DNA from: a virus
Length of the DNA stretch: 64,000 bases
Direction: 5' to 3' (one strand)
Virus record (IMG/VR): IMGVR_UViG_3300020599_000003
Span: 64,001 to 128,000 of that record
Below are positions 35,623 to 45,341 of the stretch, in pieces (the stretch's first letter is position 1; every line of letters starts with the position of its first letter). The translations under genes were made by a program, and so were the position numbers. The notes under the pieces are model-generated. The model searched no databases. It worked only from the letters and a program-made list of their open reading frames with translations, and was not told where the DNA came from.

Positions 35623-35631
35623 ATAAAATTG
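35623..35631 (-). promoter_or_regulatory. Putative phage promoter motif CAATTTTAT
   Basis: Exact copy right after a terminator. Confidence 0.6.
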
Positions 35632-35645
35632 CGGGCAAGACGCAC

Positions 35646-35678
35646 AAAAGCCCTCCCAAGCTTGTGGCGGGGAGGGCT
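35646..35678 (-). terminator. Rho-independent terminator after tail fibre chaperone
   Basis: AGCCCTCCC...GGGAGGGCT stem followed by TTT on the minus strand. Confidence 0.8.
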
Positions 35679-35683
35679 GATGG

Positions 35684-36256
35684 TCAGGCTTCGGTGTCGG
35701 TCGTGGCGTCGAGGTTCACGATCGGATTGGTGTTGCGTAGAAGGCCAGCCACTTCCAGATAGGTCGGGAGCTCAGCAGCCGAGGTGGCAGCGAAGATCTG
35801 GTTGCGGAGCTTCTGAGCATGCGCCCCCACACGGGCAACCTCTGCATCATAGGCTTCCCGCTTCTCGACCACCTTGAGAGCGAGGTCCTCGACAGGTTCA
35901 CCGGTCGCAGCCTCGATGGCCTTCAGGTAAGGACCAGCTTCACCACCGTCGAGGACTACCTTCGCTTCCGCGTACTGCGCATCGAAGGTAGCTCGCTCGG
36001 CCGGCGAGTAGTCCCCGAGAGTGGGCGCGCGCCAATCGTTCAGGGCAGTGAGAGCCGCATCGCGGGACTGCTCGAACGGCACGTCCTCGGACTGGAGGTC
36101 GGGAACCACGCGCCAGCCCATACCGTCATGCCATGCGATGCTGCCGACCTGGACTTCAGGCGGCGGGTACAGCGAGCCGTTGCTGAGGGGCTTGTCCGAC
36201 TCGCGGGTCTGCCCGGTAGCGAAGCCCTTCTTGTCGTAGGTGTAGTAGATTGCCAT
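35684..36256 (-). CDS. Tail fibre assembly chaperone (Tfa-like)
   Basis: MAIYYTYDKKGFATG, PPPEVQVG...WHDGMGWRVVPD, ERATFDAQYAEA; TAATG-coupled to the fibre gene. Confidence 0.75.
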   Translation of the reverse strand: MAIYYTYDKKGFATGQTRESDKPLSNGSLYPPPEVQVGSIAWHDGMGWRVVPDLQSEDVPFEQSRDAALTALNDWRAPTLGDYSPAERATFDAQYAEAKVVLDGGEAGPYLKAIEAATGEPVEDLALKVVEKREAYDAEVARVGAHAQKLRNQIFAATSAAELPTYLEVAGLLRNTNPIVNLDATTDTEA

Positions 36257-37857
36257 TAGACGATATCCCATTCGGTGACCCAGATCGGGCAGTTCTCACT
36301 CTTGCCAGTGTGGGCGAAGATGATAGGCGTGCCAGGAGGGACGGTGTAGGAGATGAAGCCGCCACCTTCACCGTCATCGCGACCAAGGAGTTGGCCATTG
36401 GCGTAGATGGAGATATGGGACTCACTCCGGGTGTTGCTGAGTGAGAGGGCGCTCCACCGCGTGGTCGTGTACGAGAGCGAGTTGTTGTTCACCGAACCCA
36501 GCGAGCGGGTGATAGTTGAGCTAGTCTCGCCACCACCACCCATCTTGCGCCATGCAGTCCAGACGAGGGACTGGGTGCCTACGCGCCACCACGCCTGATT
36601 GTTGGGGTCGGTCTTGTTCTCGTTTCCGGGCGACTCCGGGAACACCTGCTGGATGATGAAGCCCTCGTAGGCGCTGATGCGCACACGCCCGCCGGTCGTG
36701 GTGCCGGGCGGCAGATTCTGCGGACGGCTGTTGCTGAAGAACGAATACTCCCCACTAGGGATGGCGTCCGTCCAGCCGGTGCCTTGGTTGAGGTTGTCAG
36801 CACTAGTCAGGATGCGTCCCGTACCGGGGGCACCGTGCAGCAGGCCAGTGACGCTCATGACGCCAGCGCGGTCCGTGATGATGCCACGGTTGGGGCGCAT
36901 CAGGCCGATGGTGTCCGCACCAGCGAGGTTGGCTTCCATCGCATCACAGACATACAGGTCAAGCGGCGAGCCGACGACAGCAGGAGTGGTCATGGGGTCG
37001 GGCTTCAGCGTGAAGACCACGTTGCTGCCGCTCAGCGCAGCGGATGCCACGGCGCGGTACAGGCCCACGCTCGGGAAGCCAATGACTACGCCTCCCACGA
37101 CGTTGGCCTTCGAGATGATACCCCAGTCAGCCACGTCAGCGAACGGGATGGTGACGGTGGATGCAGTGGCTGCCACAACGGAGGAGTCGCACGCCAGATG
37201 GTAGGTGCCTTGCGGAGACCACTCCTGGCCGAGACCCAGCGAGGAGGGGCGCGCCGGAGTCAGGGCAGTGGAACGTCCGTAGGTATCCGGCTCCTGCACG
37301 ACGATCAGGTCGATCTCCGGATTCGCCATCGTGTTCTGCGGGTAGACATCAGACCACTTGTTGACGACCCAAATGGTCTGGAGCTCGCCATTGTTGATCT
37401 GGAAGATCGCAGTGGACTGCTCCAGGTCGATCAGGCAGTTGAAGGTGTACGTGGAGGCCACGTTGGTGACCAGCGAGGAGGTCTTCAGTTGCGGCGAGGG
37501 GAACACCAGATGCGCGAACAGGACGTCCTGGTCGGGATCGTCGGGGGCGTCGTTGCTGGGGATGTACAGACCAAGCTCACCGAATTGCCACGGCCCTTCG
37601 ATGGCCGGGATCGTGCACATCACGTTGATGGTCTTCGGCGGTATATTGCGGTACGCCGTGACCGGAGCCGAGTACAGGATGTTGCCCGTCAGCTCCTGGT
37701 CGGTACGCGAAGCCTTGAAGCCGTAGCCGTCGGCGATCTTGAACTGGCGGATGTTGATCCAGGGGCCGGTGGGGGTAGCAACCGACGCGGCAGCAAGGCC
37801 GACGTCTGTGACTACGGCACTCAGGTCGAACAGGGGGTTGATATTGGGATCAGCCAT
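36256..37857 (-). CDS. Baseplate-attached tail fibre protein
   Basis: 533 aa; VVTDVGLAAA...FKIADG...FGELGLY N-terminal anchoring module; gp53-like fibre C-terminal repeats (WWRV...WTAWRK). Confidence 0.8.
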   Translation of the reverse strand: MADPNINPLFDLSAVVTDVGLAAASVATPTGPWINIRQFKIADGYGFKASRTDQELTGNILYSAPVTAYRNIPPKTINVMCTIPAIEGPWQFGELGLYIPSNDAPDDPDQDVLFAHLVFPSPQLKTSSLVTNVASTYTFNCLIDLEQSTAIFQINNGELQTIWVVNKWSDVYPQNTMANPEIDLIVVQEPDTYGRSTALTPARPSSLGLGQEWSPQGTYHLACDSSVVAATASTVTIPFADVADWGIISKANVVGGVVIGFPSVGLYRAVASAALSGSNVVFTLKPDPMTTPAVVGSPLDLYVCDAMEANLAGADTIGLMRPNRGIITDRAGVMSVTGLLHGAPGTGRILTSADNLNQGTGWTDAIPSGEYSFFSNSRPQNLPPGTTTGGRVRISAYEGFIIQQVFPESPGNENKTDPNNQAWWRVGTQSLVWTAWRKMGGGGETSSTITRSLGSVNNNSLSYTTTRWSALSLSNTRSESHISIYANGQLLGRDDGEGGGFISYTVPPGTPIIFAHTGKSENCPIWVTEWDIV

Positions 37858-37867
37858 CTAATGCTCT

Positions 37868-38656
37868 TCAGGTTGAGGTTTTGGTGAACACGCCATAGGC
37901 CGCACCATTGATGTGGACGCCCAGCGCCACGATCTCGGTGTTCTCGTCCCCCGGGAAGGCCACCACAGGGATATCGAAATTGAAGTCGATAGAGTTCACA
38001 ACGAGGTTGTAGTTGGCGATCTCGTAGAAGAAGGTCACCAAGTCAGTCGTCTCGATCGGAAGCCCACCCTTCGCCGTGAGCGTGACGTGCGTGGTCGGGA
38101 ACCACGTACCACCCTCCCAGATGGGAGTGCCGGGCGGCGTACCGTCAGGGTTCTCCGGCGTGAAGTTCAAGTACTTCGTGTCGTTCGGGTTTGCCGGGTC
38201 GTACTCCGCCCAGAGGTTCTGCATCGTGATGCCAGTCCCGAGGCAGAAGTTGATGAACTCCAGGAATCCGTAGGTGCCGCGCTCCCACCAGTAGTAGCCG
38301 AGGAAGCGACTGATGGTCGTCAGCGATTCCGTCGTGATGGAGCCTGCACTACTGAGGTACATGCCCAGACTATTGTCTTGCTGGGTGACCAGGGAGCGCT
38401 CCAGCGTGTCCCAGACTGAGGCATCCACCATGCTCCCGTTGAGGACGAGGGCCTCTACATCGGGGTTGGAGTGCCAGCCGGAGCGGAGCTCGCGGATGAT
38501 CGCTACCTTCTGGTCTACCTCGGTTGCGTAGACGTGGTCGATGATGTCCCCGTACTGCTGGAAGTAATCAGCCGTCAGGTATGGCGGTAGTAGAACCTTC
38601 CGGGGGATTTTGTAGCCCAATCGCTTGAGCTGCTGTATTCCTGAGGGATCAGGCAT
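37868..38656 (-). CDS. Baseplate wedge subunit (gp7/P2 I-like)
   Basis: YWWERGT.GFLEFINFCLG motif; synteny between J-like and fibre genes. Confidence 0.65.
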   Translation of the reverse strand: MPDPSGIQQLKRLGYKIPRKVLLPPYLTADYFQQYGDIIDHVYATEVDQKVAIIRELRSGWHSNPDVEALVLNGSMVDASVWDTLERSLVTQQDNSLGMYLSSAGSITTESLTTISRFLGYYWWERGTYGFLEFINFCLGTGITMQNLWAEYDPANPNDTKYLNFTPENPDGTPPGTPIWEGGTWFPTTHVTLTAKGGLPIETTDLVTFFYEIANYNLVVNSIDFNFDIPVVAFPGDENTEIVALGVHINGAAYGVFTKTST

Positions 38657-39062
38657 GGTGCTGGGACTCGTAGGTGAAACGGAGGACGTCGTACACGGGT
38701 CCGTAAGGCCCGTGGCTGAAGTCGGACTCGATGGACAGGAGCTTCATGGGCAGCGTGATGCTGCCGACGTTGACGACCCCGAAGTCGTACCACAGCTTCA
38801 GGCCACCGTTCTCCTTCAGCGCAGCCACGACGTCGTCCCACTTGGTGATCGGATGCTCTTCCTTCACGCCAGAGAGGTCTCGTTTGCGTTGGAAGATGTG
38901 CACGTCGATGATGAGAGACCCATTGCGGCTGCTCTGCCACACAGAGTGCACCCGGCCAGAGGCGGGGCCAACATCGAGCTTGATAGAGCTAGAGGGGAAC
39001 AAGTCACCCAGGCTCACGGTAGTCACGGAGGGTGTGCTCACGGTAGTCACGGAGGGTGTCAT
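38649..39062 (-). CDS. Hypothetical protein inserted in baseplate operon
   Basis: 137 aa; GGAG RBS; duplicated TPSVTTVS N-terminus. Confidence 0.6.
   Translation of the reverse strand: MTPSVTTVSTPSVTTVSLGDLFPSSSIKLDVGPASGRVHSVWQSSRNGSLIIDVHIFQRKRDLSGVKEEHPITKWDDVVAALKENGGLKLWYDFGVVNVGSITLPMKLLSIESDFSHGPYGPVYDVLRFTYESQHHA
39012..39059. repeat. Perfect 24-bp tandem duplication at gene start
   Basis: GCTCACGGTAGTCACGGAGGGTGT x2. Confidence 0.95.
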
Positions 39063-39069
39063 ATTGCTC

Positions 39070-40842
39070 CTAGGTGCCGTGTGATAACGACGGCAGACGG
39101 GTTGACGGGAGGACGCGCAACGTCAGGCTGTTCAGCGAGTTGTACCGGATGGGCCACTCGTTGGCAGTCTGCGGCAGGCCACCCGGATCAGGGGTGAGCG
39201 AGCCGTCGTCCGTCCAGGTAGTGGCAGTTCCGGGCAAAGTGGTGATCAGGCCCAGCTCAGTATTCTTGCGTCCATAGACGCGGATGCTGGCGGCGTTCTT
39301 GATGAGCGGCCAAGTGAACTGAATGGCGGAGCCATTGGACGTGACCTGCGGGAAGACCCACGCGTCCGGTGTGCCAACGTCCCCGTTGGTATTGGTCACC
39401 GCGAAGGAGTATGCGTACTGACGCTGCGTGAGGGTTCCCTGACCTGGCAGGACGGTGGCCGTGGCGTTGGCTGCGTGCGGCGAGCCGACCAGCATCGGGT
39501 AGGAGCTGTTGTCCACGGAGTACGCAAACTGCCCCTTGCAGGCTTCCTTGACCACGGCCACGATGTCGGACTCGTAGAAGTCCGTACCGAGCAGACCCCG
39601 GCGCGGTGAGAACCACGCAGTGATAGCGTCGGTGACATCCTTCCTGATTTGAGTAGGCGAGGCTGTGTTGCTAACGTACACGTCGATGTTGATGTCACGA
39701 GGGATCGGGATAGGATCCTGCCAGAAGAAGCGCGGCGCGTACATGGTGACCTTCTGCATGTACTTGATGAAGTCGTCCTTCTGAGCCTGCGTCCAAGGTG
39801 ACGATGTGAGGGCCGACACCCGGATCACGTTCATCCACTCCTTGGAGCCTGGGTTGATATCGCGCTGCGCCTGCGTGATGGCGTCCACGATACCTGGATA
39901 GTCCAGCACCGCCGTCTTGTATTGGTTGCCAGTAGTCGAGGAGTTGTAGTCTCCGAACGCACCGGCGATCACGTACTTGTAATCCGACGCAGGGCGCTCG
40001 TTGGAGCCCCCAGTCGGGTTGGAGATGGCCGTGCCGCTGACGGTGGGGAAGCCTGCGAAGGACACCCGGCTCCCAGTCAAGGACAGCGTGTTGGACGCCG
40101 CACCGTCGGTGACGGCATAAATCATCGTGACGGTATCATTTACCCCCGGCACGGAGCCGTAAGCAAATCGGCTGGAGTCGCTGAGGTCGGGAGTGGTACT
40201 CGCCACGCGTCCGAAGACGGCTTGCGCCCTACCGATCCTGTCGGTAAGGTCAGCATAGCCGGGTTGGTTGCGGAAGTTCCACAACGCTGCGTTTCGAGCC
40301 TGCGGGATCGCGACATTGTTGATCATCACGACGACGTCCATGTCGGAGACCACGAAGTCTGTCTCGGGAGTCTCCAGCACCTGGAAGTCTGTGCCCAGGC
40401 CCGAGGTCGTTAGCGCCTTGATCTCACCTTGGAACAGAGTGGCCTCGGTCGGCACGCCAGCGGGGATCTGGATGACCTCACGATTGAACCACAGACCACC
40501 AATGGATGCTTGCGAGAAGGCCGGGATGAACACGTCGACCGCGCTGTTAAGAATGACGCGGATCGCCGCAGGCAGCTTACGCGAAGTACGCACACCCTGG
40601 AAGCCGATGTTGGCACGGATAGCCTCGTCAGACTGAGCGGTCTCCGAGAAGCAGTCCTGCACATTGCGCATCACCTGCATCTGCAGATAGGTGCCGACAG
40701 CGGCTGCGAAGTCGATCAGAGTCTTGCTGGTCTGGATGTCCAGAGTACCTTTCCAGGCGCTCTGGGTCACTGCGTATTCGGATAGCTGCGACACGAACTG
40801 ATCGAAGTCATATGTCATGTCTGACAGAGTAAGGACGCTCAT
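39070..40842 (-). CDS. Baseplate wedge protein (T4 gp6/P2 J-like)
   Basis: YDFDQFVSQLSEY, FSETAQ, FGR...YGSVP...YAVTDGAASN, NPTGGSNER motifs. Confidence 0.85.
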   Translation of the reverse strand: MSVLTLSDMTYDFDQFVSQLSEYAVTQSAWKGTLDIQTSKTLIDFAAAVGTYLQMQVMRNVQDCFSETAQSDEAIRANIGFQGVRTSRKLPAAIRVILNSAVDVFIPAFSQASIGGLWFNREVIQIPAGVPTEATLFQGEIKALTTSGLGTDFQVLETPETDFVVSDMDVVVMINNVAIPQARNAALWNFRNQPGYADLTDRIGRAQAVFGRVASTTPDLSDSSRFAYGSVPGVNDTVTMIYAVTDGAASNTLSLTGSRVSFAGFPTVSGTAISNPTGGSNERPASDYKYVIAGAFGDYNSSTTGNQYKTAVLDYPGIVDAITQAQRDINPGSKEWMNVIRVSALTSSPWTQAQKDDFIKYMQKVTMYAPRFFWQDPIPIPRDINIDVYVSNTASPTQIRKDVTDAITAWFSPRRGLLGTDFYESDIVAVVKEACKGQFAYSVDNSSYPMLVGSPHAANATATVLPGQGTLTQRQYAYSFAVTNTNGDVGTPDAWVFPQVTSNGSAIQFTWPLIKNAASIRVYGRKNTELGLITTLPGTATTWTDDGSLTPDPGGLPQTANEWPIRYNSLNSLTLRVLPSTRLPSLSHGT

Positions 40843-40845
40843 GTC

Positions 40846-41268
40846 TTATATCCTGCTTTGGGTGGGGAGGTTGAAGTTGATTCCGGCCCCGCGCCCTGTG
40901 ATCTTGTCGATTAGGGCGAGCCGCACGCGGTAGCCCGGTAGGCTCCAGTCGATCAGGAAGCTGGAGTTCTGCTCATCCACAGTCACGCGAGGTTCCCACT
41001 GCTTGATGGCTGCGAAGGTGGCGTTCTTGACCTCGATCACAGACGTGTCGTCCATAGGCTCTTGCAGAAGCCAGTACAGGTTGGAGCCGAAGCGAGCGTT
41101 GAAGATGCGGCCTCGCGCCCCTACAGGGCAGCGAAACAGGTTGAACAGCGCGCACCATTTGACGCTCGCCAGATCCGGTATTAGCTCCGGCATGTCATTC
41201 TGGAAGATACGCGGATTTACGTCCACGTACGAACTGTAAGTCAAATTATAGGGCTGAATCGGCGGCAT
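40846..41268 (-). CDS. Baseplate gp25/W-like sheath initiator
   Basis: GARGRIFNARFGSNLYWLLQEP...IKQWEPRV. Confidence 0.88.
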   Translation of the reverse strand: MPPIQPYNLTYSSYVDVNPRIFQNDMPELIPDLASVKWCALFNLFRCPVGARGRIFNARFGSNLYWLLQEPMDDTSVIEVKNATFAAIKQWEPRVTVDEQNSSFLIDWSLPGYRVRLALIDKITGRGAGINFNLPTQSRI

Positions 41269-41289
41269 GATGACCTCGTATGTATGCGG

Positions 41290-41297
41290 ATAAAATT
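41290..41297 (-). promoter_or_regulatory. Promoter motif variant (G)AATTTTAT
   Basis: Intergenic, 22 nt upstream of the 41268 start. Confidence 0.5.
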
Positions 41298-41304
41298 CAG
41301 CGAG

Positions 41305-41592
41305 CTACCCCGCGAACACGTTGCTGCTACCGACAGCCGCCACTGATCCACAGGATATGGGGTCTCCGATGCGGGCGATACCCTTCCCTCCCACAAACAC
41401 GGTTGTGGAGGCCCCAGACAGAACGCCGTCGTGACTGCTGTCCCCGCAGCTATGCGTGAGCCAGTGGCCTCCAAGGCAGTGGGCGAGTCTGCCATTGACG
41501 TAGACGTTCACGGGGTTTCCGGAGTCGTTGGCGCGGGGTGGAAAACATCCGTGGCCAGATCCGCTGTCATTGATGCGTACGACACTCGGCAT
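41305..41592 (-). CDS. PAAR spike-tip protein (T4 gp5.4-like)
   Basis: HGCFPP, VYVNG, STTVFVGGKGIARIGDPISCGS. Confidence 0.93.
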   Translation of the reverse strand: MPSVVRINDSGSGHGCFPPRANDSGNPVNVYVNGRLAHCLGGHWLTHSCGDSSHDGVLSGASTTVFVGGKGIARIGDPISCGSVAAVGSSNVFAG

Positions 41593-41595
41593 GGG

Positions 41596-42111
41596 TCAAG
41601 TCCTTATCGGTGGTCGGTTGTTGCGTCGAGCGTTCACGGCAGCTACGAGCTGATCTCGACCAGTAGAGTAGTTCTTGAAGACCTGGAAGGTATATGTCTT
41701 GACCTCCGACCCGCCAGTGTAGATTGCCGTCACGTCGATTGACGTGATGCGATTGTTCACAGGGTCGGGGTAGTAGGCCACGACATCCGTGGAGTCGGGA
41801 GGGAGATCATCGAAGCTGTTGATCTCAGTGTCAGGGGCATTGTATGTCTGCTGATAGAACAGACGTTCGGAGAACATGCCTCGGAAGTTGATGAACGTGA
41901 TGGTGAGCGTACCCACACCACCGACAATGGACTTGTCGATAGTGTAGTTGGGGGGCCAGTACTCACCGAGAGTCCAGGTCAAGTCCGTGACGGACAAAGG
42001 AGAGTTGTCAGCAGGATCACCCGCCACCGATATCGTGAAGATCTGGTTGCCTTGGTGATCCTGGTAGATGGCGTCTGGCGGTGACGGCTCGGGGATCCAG
42101 ATGAGCGGCAT
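41596..42111 (-). CDS. Hypothetical baseplate protein
   Basis: 171 aa between spike and PAAR genes. Confidence 0.7.
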   Translation of the reverse strand: MPLIWIPEPSPPDAIYQDHQGNQIFTISVAGDPADNSPLSVTDLTWTLGEYWPPNYTIDKSIVGGVGTLTITFINFRGMFSERLFYQQTYNAPDTEINSFDDLPPDSTDVVAYYPDPVNNRITSIDVTAIYTGGSEVKTYTFQVFKNYSTGRDQLVAAVNARRNNRPPIRT

Positions 42112-42123
42112 ATCTGGCTCCGC

Positions 42124-42705
42124 TTAGTTCAGGTCGATACGCTCAGCGTTGACGCTGAAGTTGCCACCGACTTGGAAGGATGCATCCCCAGTGACCTCGT
42201 GGTGGTAGTTACCCTCGGTCCGGACGTGGAGATTACCCTTCACAGTGATGGTCAGGTTGCCGCTGGCATCTATGTGGAACGAAGTGCCCGAAGCGTGTTG
42301 GAACAGATAGTCCTTCGTCCGGGAGTTGACAATGAGCTTGGTGCCGGAAGGGTCCGAGTAGCCCCAGGAGTCGACGTCCGCGAAGTCCGGGTTGGCACAG
42401 TTTATGCAGAAGATGCCTGCATCGTAGAAGCCGTAGTCCGTGTCGTCGTCTTGCAGATCGACCCGCACCTGGGAGCCCAGGGGCGGGACGCCATACACAC
42501 CGAAGCCTTGTCCCTGCCCGAATGGGGCGAGGCGCGCGGGGGCGACCCATGGCAACGTCTCGACGGGACCTTCCATCTTGCCAGGGATAGTGACCTTGAT
42601 GCGGTTCAGTTTCTGAGGGTCGTCACGAAAAACCACCGTGCCGATGTAGTACTCTGGTGGGTTCAGTGATTCGTTGACCGAGTCGTTGAGGGTAGCATCC
42701 AGCAT
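42124..42705 (-). CDS. Baseplate central spike (gp5/V OB-fold + beta-helix)
   Basis: DDPQKLNRIKVTIPG, LPWVAP, VPPLGSQVRV, C-terminal 8-residue V.G repeats. Confidence 0.88.
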   Translation of the reverse strand: MLDATLNDSVNESLNPPEYYIGTVVFRDDPQKLNRIKVTIPGKMEGPVETLPWVAPARLAPFGQGQGFGVYGVPPLGSQVRVDLQDDDTDYGFYDAGIFCINCANPDFADVDSWGYSDPSGTKLIVNSRTKDYLFQHASGTSFHIDASGNLTITVKGNLHVRTEGNYHHEVTGDASFQVGGNFSVNAERIDLN

Positions 42706-43824
42706 CTATTTCTCCGAGCTATTGACGCCGTGGCGTTCGCACTGGATCTTGTCCAGGAAGTACGTACCCTTGATGAGGATGGACCGGGCAGTCACGAGGT
42801 ACAAGCCTGAGTTCTGCACATCAGCCTCTCCTGTGCGCACGCTGTACATGTTGCAGTTCAGCCAAGACAGCAGCGGAAAGGGGAGCGGCAGATAGTCGCT
42901 AGACAGATGCAGCTTCTGGTTGAACATCTGCGCGTAGCGAGCATTCTGATACTTCGCACGCTCCTTGGTCTCGCTGCTGTTGCCAACATCAATGCGACTG
43001 TGACGAGGCTTGCCTGTCAGGATGATCTTCTTGATGTCGGCATTGTAGTTTGGGTCGGTCACGTTGGGTGTGAACGTCAGGGTATCGACCCGGTCCGCCT
43101 TGATGAGGGACTGACGATACATCGTGGACTGGTAGCCTATGTTCTGGTTGGTGTAACCAGAGATAGACTCCGCATCGTAATGCGTGGCGAAGGCGCACCC
43201 GTCCTGGAATTGTCCGTTCACGACGGTTATCAAGGGTGCCTGTGGAGTGTTGACGTCCTTGTAGATCAGCCGGTTGGACAGATCGTAGGCAAGGGTCATG
43301 CGGGACGTGTCGGTCTTGAAGCCGTGCTGCGCCACGTAGCGTGCGAAGTCTGAGTATCGACGGTTCTGTTGATTCCAACTCTGTCTATCCGCCGTCTGCT
43401 CTCCGCTGTACTCGATACCGCACAGCTCTGCGATCCTCTGTAGTACGTCATTGGTCGTGCCGACGTAGTGCTGGAGACTGGTGCCCGCCCACCACAGTGG
43501 TGAGTCCAGATAACCCTCGATGATCCAAGTGTTACCTCCAGAAGAGTCGGGGGCCTTGGTGTGGTTGAAGAGTCGGAACGTGTATGTGGCGGGATCGTCC
43601 GTACCTGCCGCAATCTTGACCTGGATGCGCGTAGCGTCCTTCACCATCGGGACTGCATCGAGCACTCCCCAAGCATCGGAAATCTGCAGGACCATGACTG
43701 GCAGCTTCATGCCGAGCGTGGAGCCGATGTGTAGCTTCAGTACGGACATGTAGCCCGATATAGGGAGTTCAAACCCCTCGACATAAATAGATAGATTGAT
43801 TTGGTTATCGAGCTGAAATCCCAT
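42706..43824 (-). CDS. Baseplate hub (gp27/D-like)
   Basis: 372 aa directly upstream of the spike; hub-type layout. Confidence 0.6.
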   Translation of the reverse strand: MGFQLDNQINLSIYVEGFELPISGYMSVLKLHIGSTLGMKLPVMVLQISDAWGVLDAVPMVKDATRIQVKIAAGTDDPATYTFRLFNHTKAPDSSGGNTWIIEGYLDSPLWWAGTSLQHYVGTTNDVLQRIAELCGIEYSGEQTADRQSWNQQNRRYSDFARYVAQHGFKTDTSRMTLAYDLSNRLIYKDVNTPQAPLITVVNGQFQDGCAFATHYDAESISGYTNQNIGYQSTMYRQSLIKADRVDTLTFTPNVTDPNYNADIKKIILTGKPRHSRIDVGNSSETKERAKYQNARYAQMFNQKLHLSSDYLPLPFPLLSWLNCNMYSVRTGEADVQNSGLYLVTARSILIKGTYFLDKIQCERHGVNSSEK

Positions 43825-45034
43825 CCTGTATCCCCAGTAATTTCTGCTCTCCGCTCAGGCGAGCGTGAATATAAGATTGAGGTAGCCGCATCCTATAGAG
43901 TTCGGCGCCATCCTGATCGAAGAAAATCACACCAGCTGAACGAAGGGAGAATGTGAAGTTGACCCCCTTAGGTCCCGGTACTCGGAGGCGGGAAACGGCT
44001 TTGAGGTGAGGATTTCTCCGCCGTCCGTATACTCGCGTATCAAGTTCGAGGGAATATGTATCGTTACCGCAATGATAATGCTCCTTCGGTAAAGAACCGT
44101 TCAGCATAGGAACGTCCTTGTACACTTGTTCCCCAGAACAATACCTGCAACGGAATAAAGAAGTCTGAGTACCAACATACCGCTCCACGAGAACGAAGAG
44201 TGGATTGTGCCACGCTAGGCGTGCGTTAAACACAGAATCAGGGAGGGTCCGTGCCGCCCTGATTTTAGATCGAGTCTCATCAGAGACAACCCTACCGGTC
44301 TGCGCCCTAGACATGTTGGCCTTAGCTTCAGCGGAACGCTTCTGACCCCGGTTCGAAGCGGATATCTTACACCTCGTTTCATCAGAGTTGACCTTCCCAG
44401 AATGTTTAGCCGATACCTTAGCACGCGAAGCCTTAGACCATTTGCGCTGCCGATTTGCCTCACCTATCTTTATCTTAGATGCAGATGAATGACTCAACCC
44501 GGTATGGGAGATGGACATAAGCCTCCGGGTTGCGTCTGAAGGGACGTACCCACTCGCTCCATCCCCTCCATTGGTCTGGTTAGCCAAACAGCCAGTCCCC
44601 AAATCTTCGCGGCCGAAGTGATTGATTAGGAACATCTCCAGAGCCAGGGAGGTTTCCTCATCCAGACGATCGTATAGAATGTCTATGTACAGGGTACGAG
44701 ACTCGCGGAGCGCCTTCTTGATTATGTGATTCTTGTGAGAAGATTCCCTTAATCTACTGTCGTCAAAATGAACCTCTGGGCGCTTCTTAAGGCCCTTACC
44801 TATATAGTAGGACGGATGATCGCGACCGTCTGCATCCAAACTATAGACCAAATACTTCCTAGTGGTGTCGAGCTTTCTATTATTCCTCACTGCTTGCGCT
44901 CGGACTAGTTCTAAGAACGGTGCAAGTTTCCATCTTGGGGGCATTTTCTGCAGCCGGAGTCTCTTCACAAGGGTTCCGCGCAGTGAATCAGCATGCGAAT
45001 TGACAACCACATCGAATTCTTCGAGGATCATCAT
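43805..45034 (-). mobile_element. Free-standing GIY-YIG homing endonuclease with NUMOD3 repeats
   Basis: YLVYSL...YYIGKG...R, LEMFLINHFGREDLGTGCLANQTNGGDG, SDATRRLMS/SDETRCKIS/SDETRSKIR repeats; lower GC and atypical codons. Confidence 0.88.
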
Positions 45035-45207
45035 TTCGCACGCTGCTTGAGATATGCTTCGAGGGCTATGGAAACGAGCTTACTGAGCGACACAACCCTA
45101 CCACTCTCTTCAGTTAATCTCAAAGCTTCGCGACGGGCTTTAGCTTGTAGGGTGCGGCTGAGGGTGATAGAGGTGATGGCATAGCCACTCTTGGTCTTAG
45201 CGGGCAT
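45031..45207 (-). CDS. Ribbon-helix-helix DNA-binding protein (58 aa; not in ORF track)
   Basis: MPAKTKSGYAITSITLSRTLQAKARREALRLTEESGRVVSLSKLVSIALEAYLKQRAK; ATGA overlap with the endonuclease. Confidence 0.7.
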   Translation of the reverse strand: MPAKTKSGYAITSITLSRTLQAKARREALRLTEESGRVVSLSKLVSIALEAYLKQRAK

Positions 45208-45236
45208 AGCGTGTACCTTAGTAGGTTAGTAACGCT

Positions 45237-45245
45237 ATAAAATTG
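45237..45245 (-). promoter_or_regulatory. Putative phage promoter motif CAATTTTAT
   Basis: Exact copy 30 nt upstream of the RHH start. Confidence 0.65.
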
Positions 45246-45341
45246 GGCGCTGCGCCCACCCGTCGATGGGTAGCTCGAATCCCTCAACGTAGATGCCTAG
45301 GTTGATCTGATTACCCAATTGGTAAGGCATGGGTCAACCTC

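Noticed and set aside
45245-45340. tRNA-like TCGAATCC and small hairpins in the intergenic region
   Set aside because: No cloverleaf, D-arm or acceptor stem could be built.
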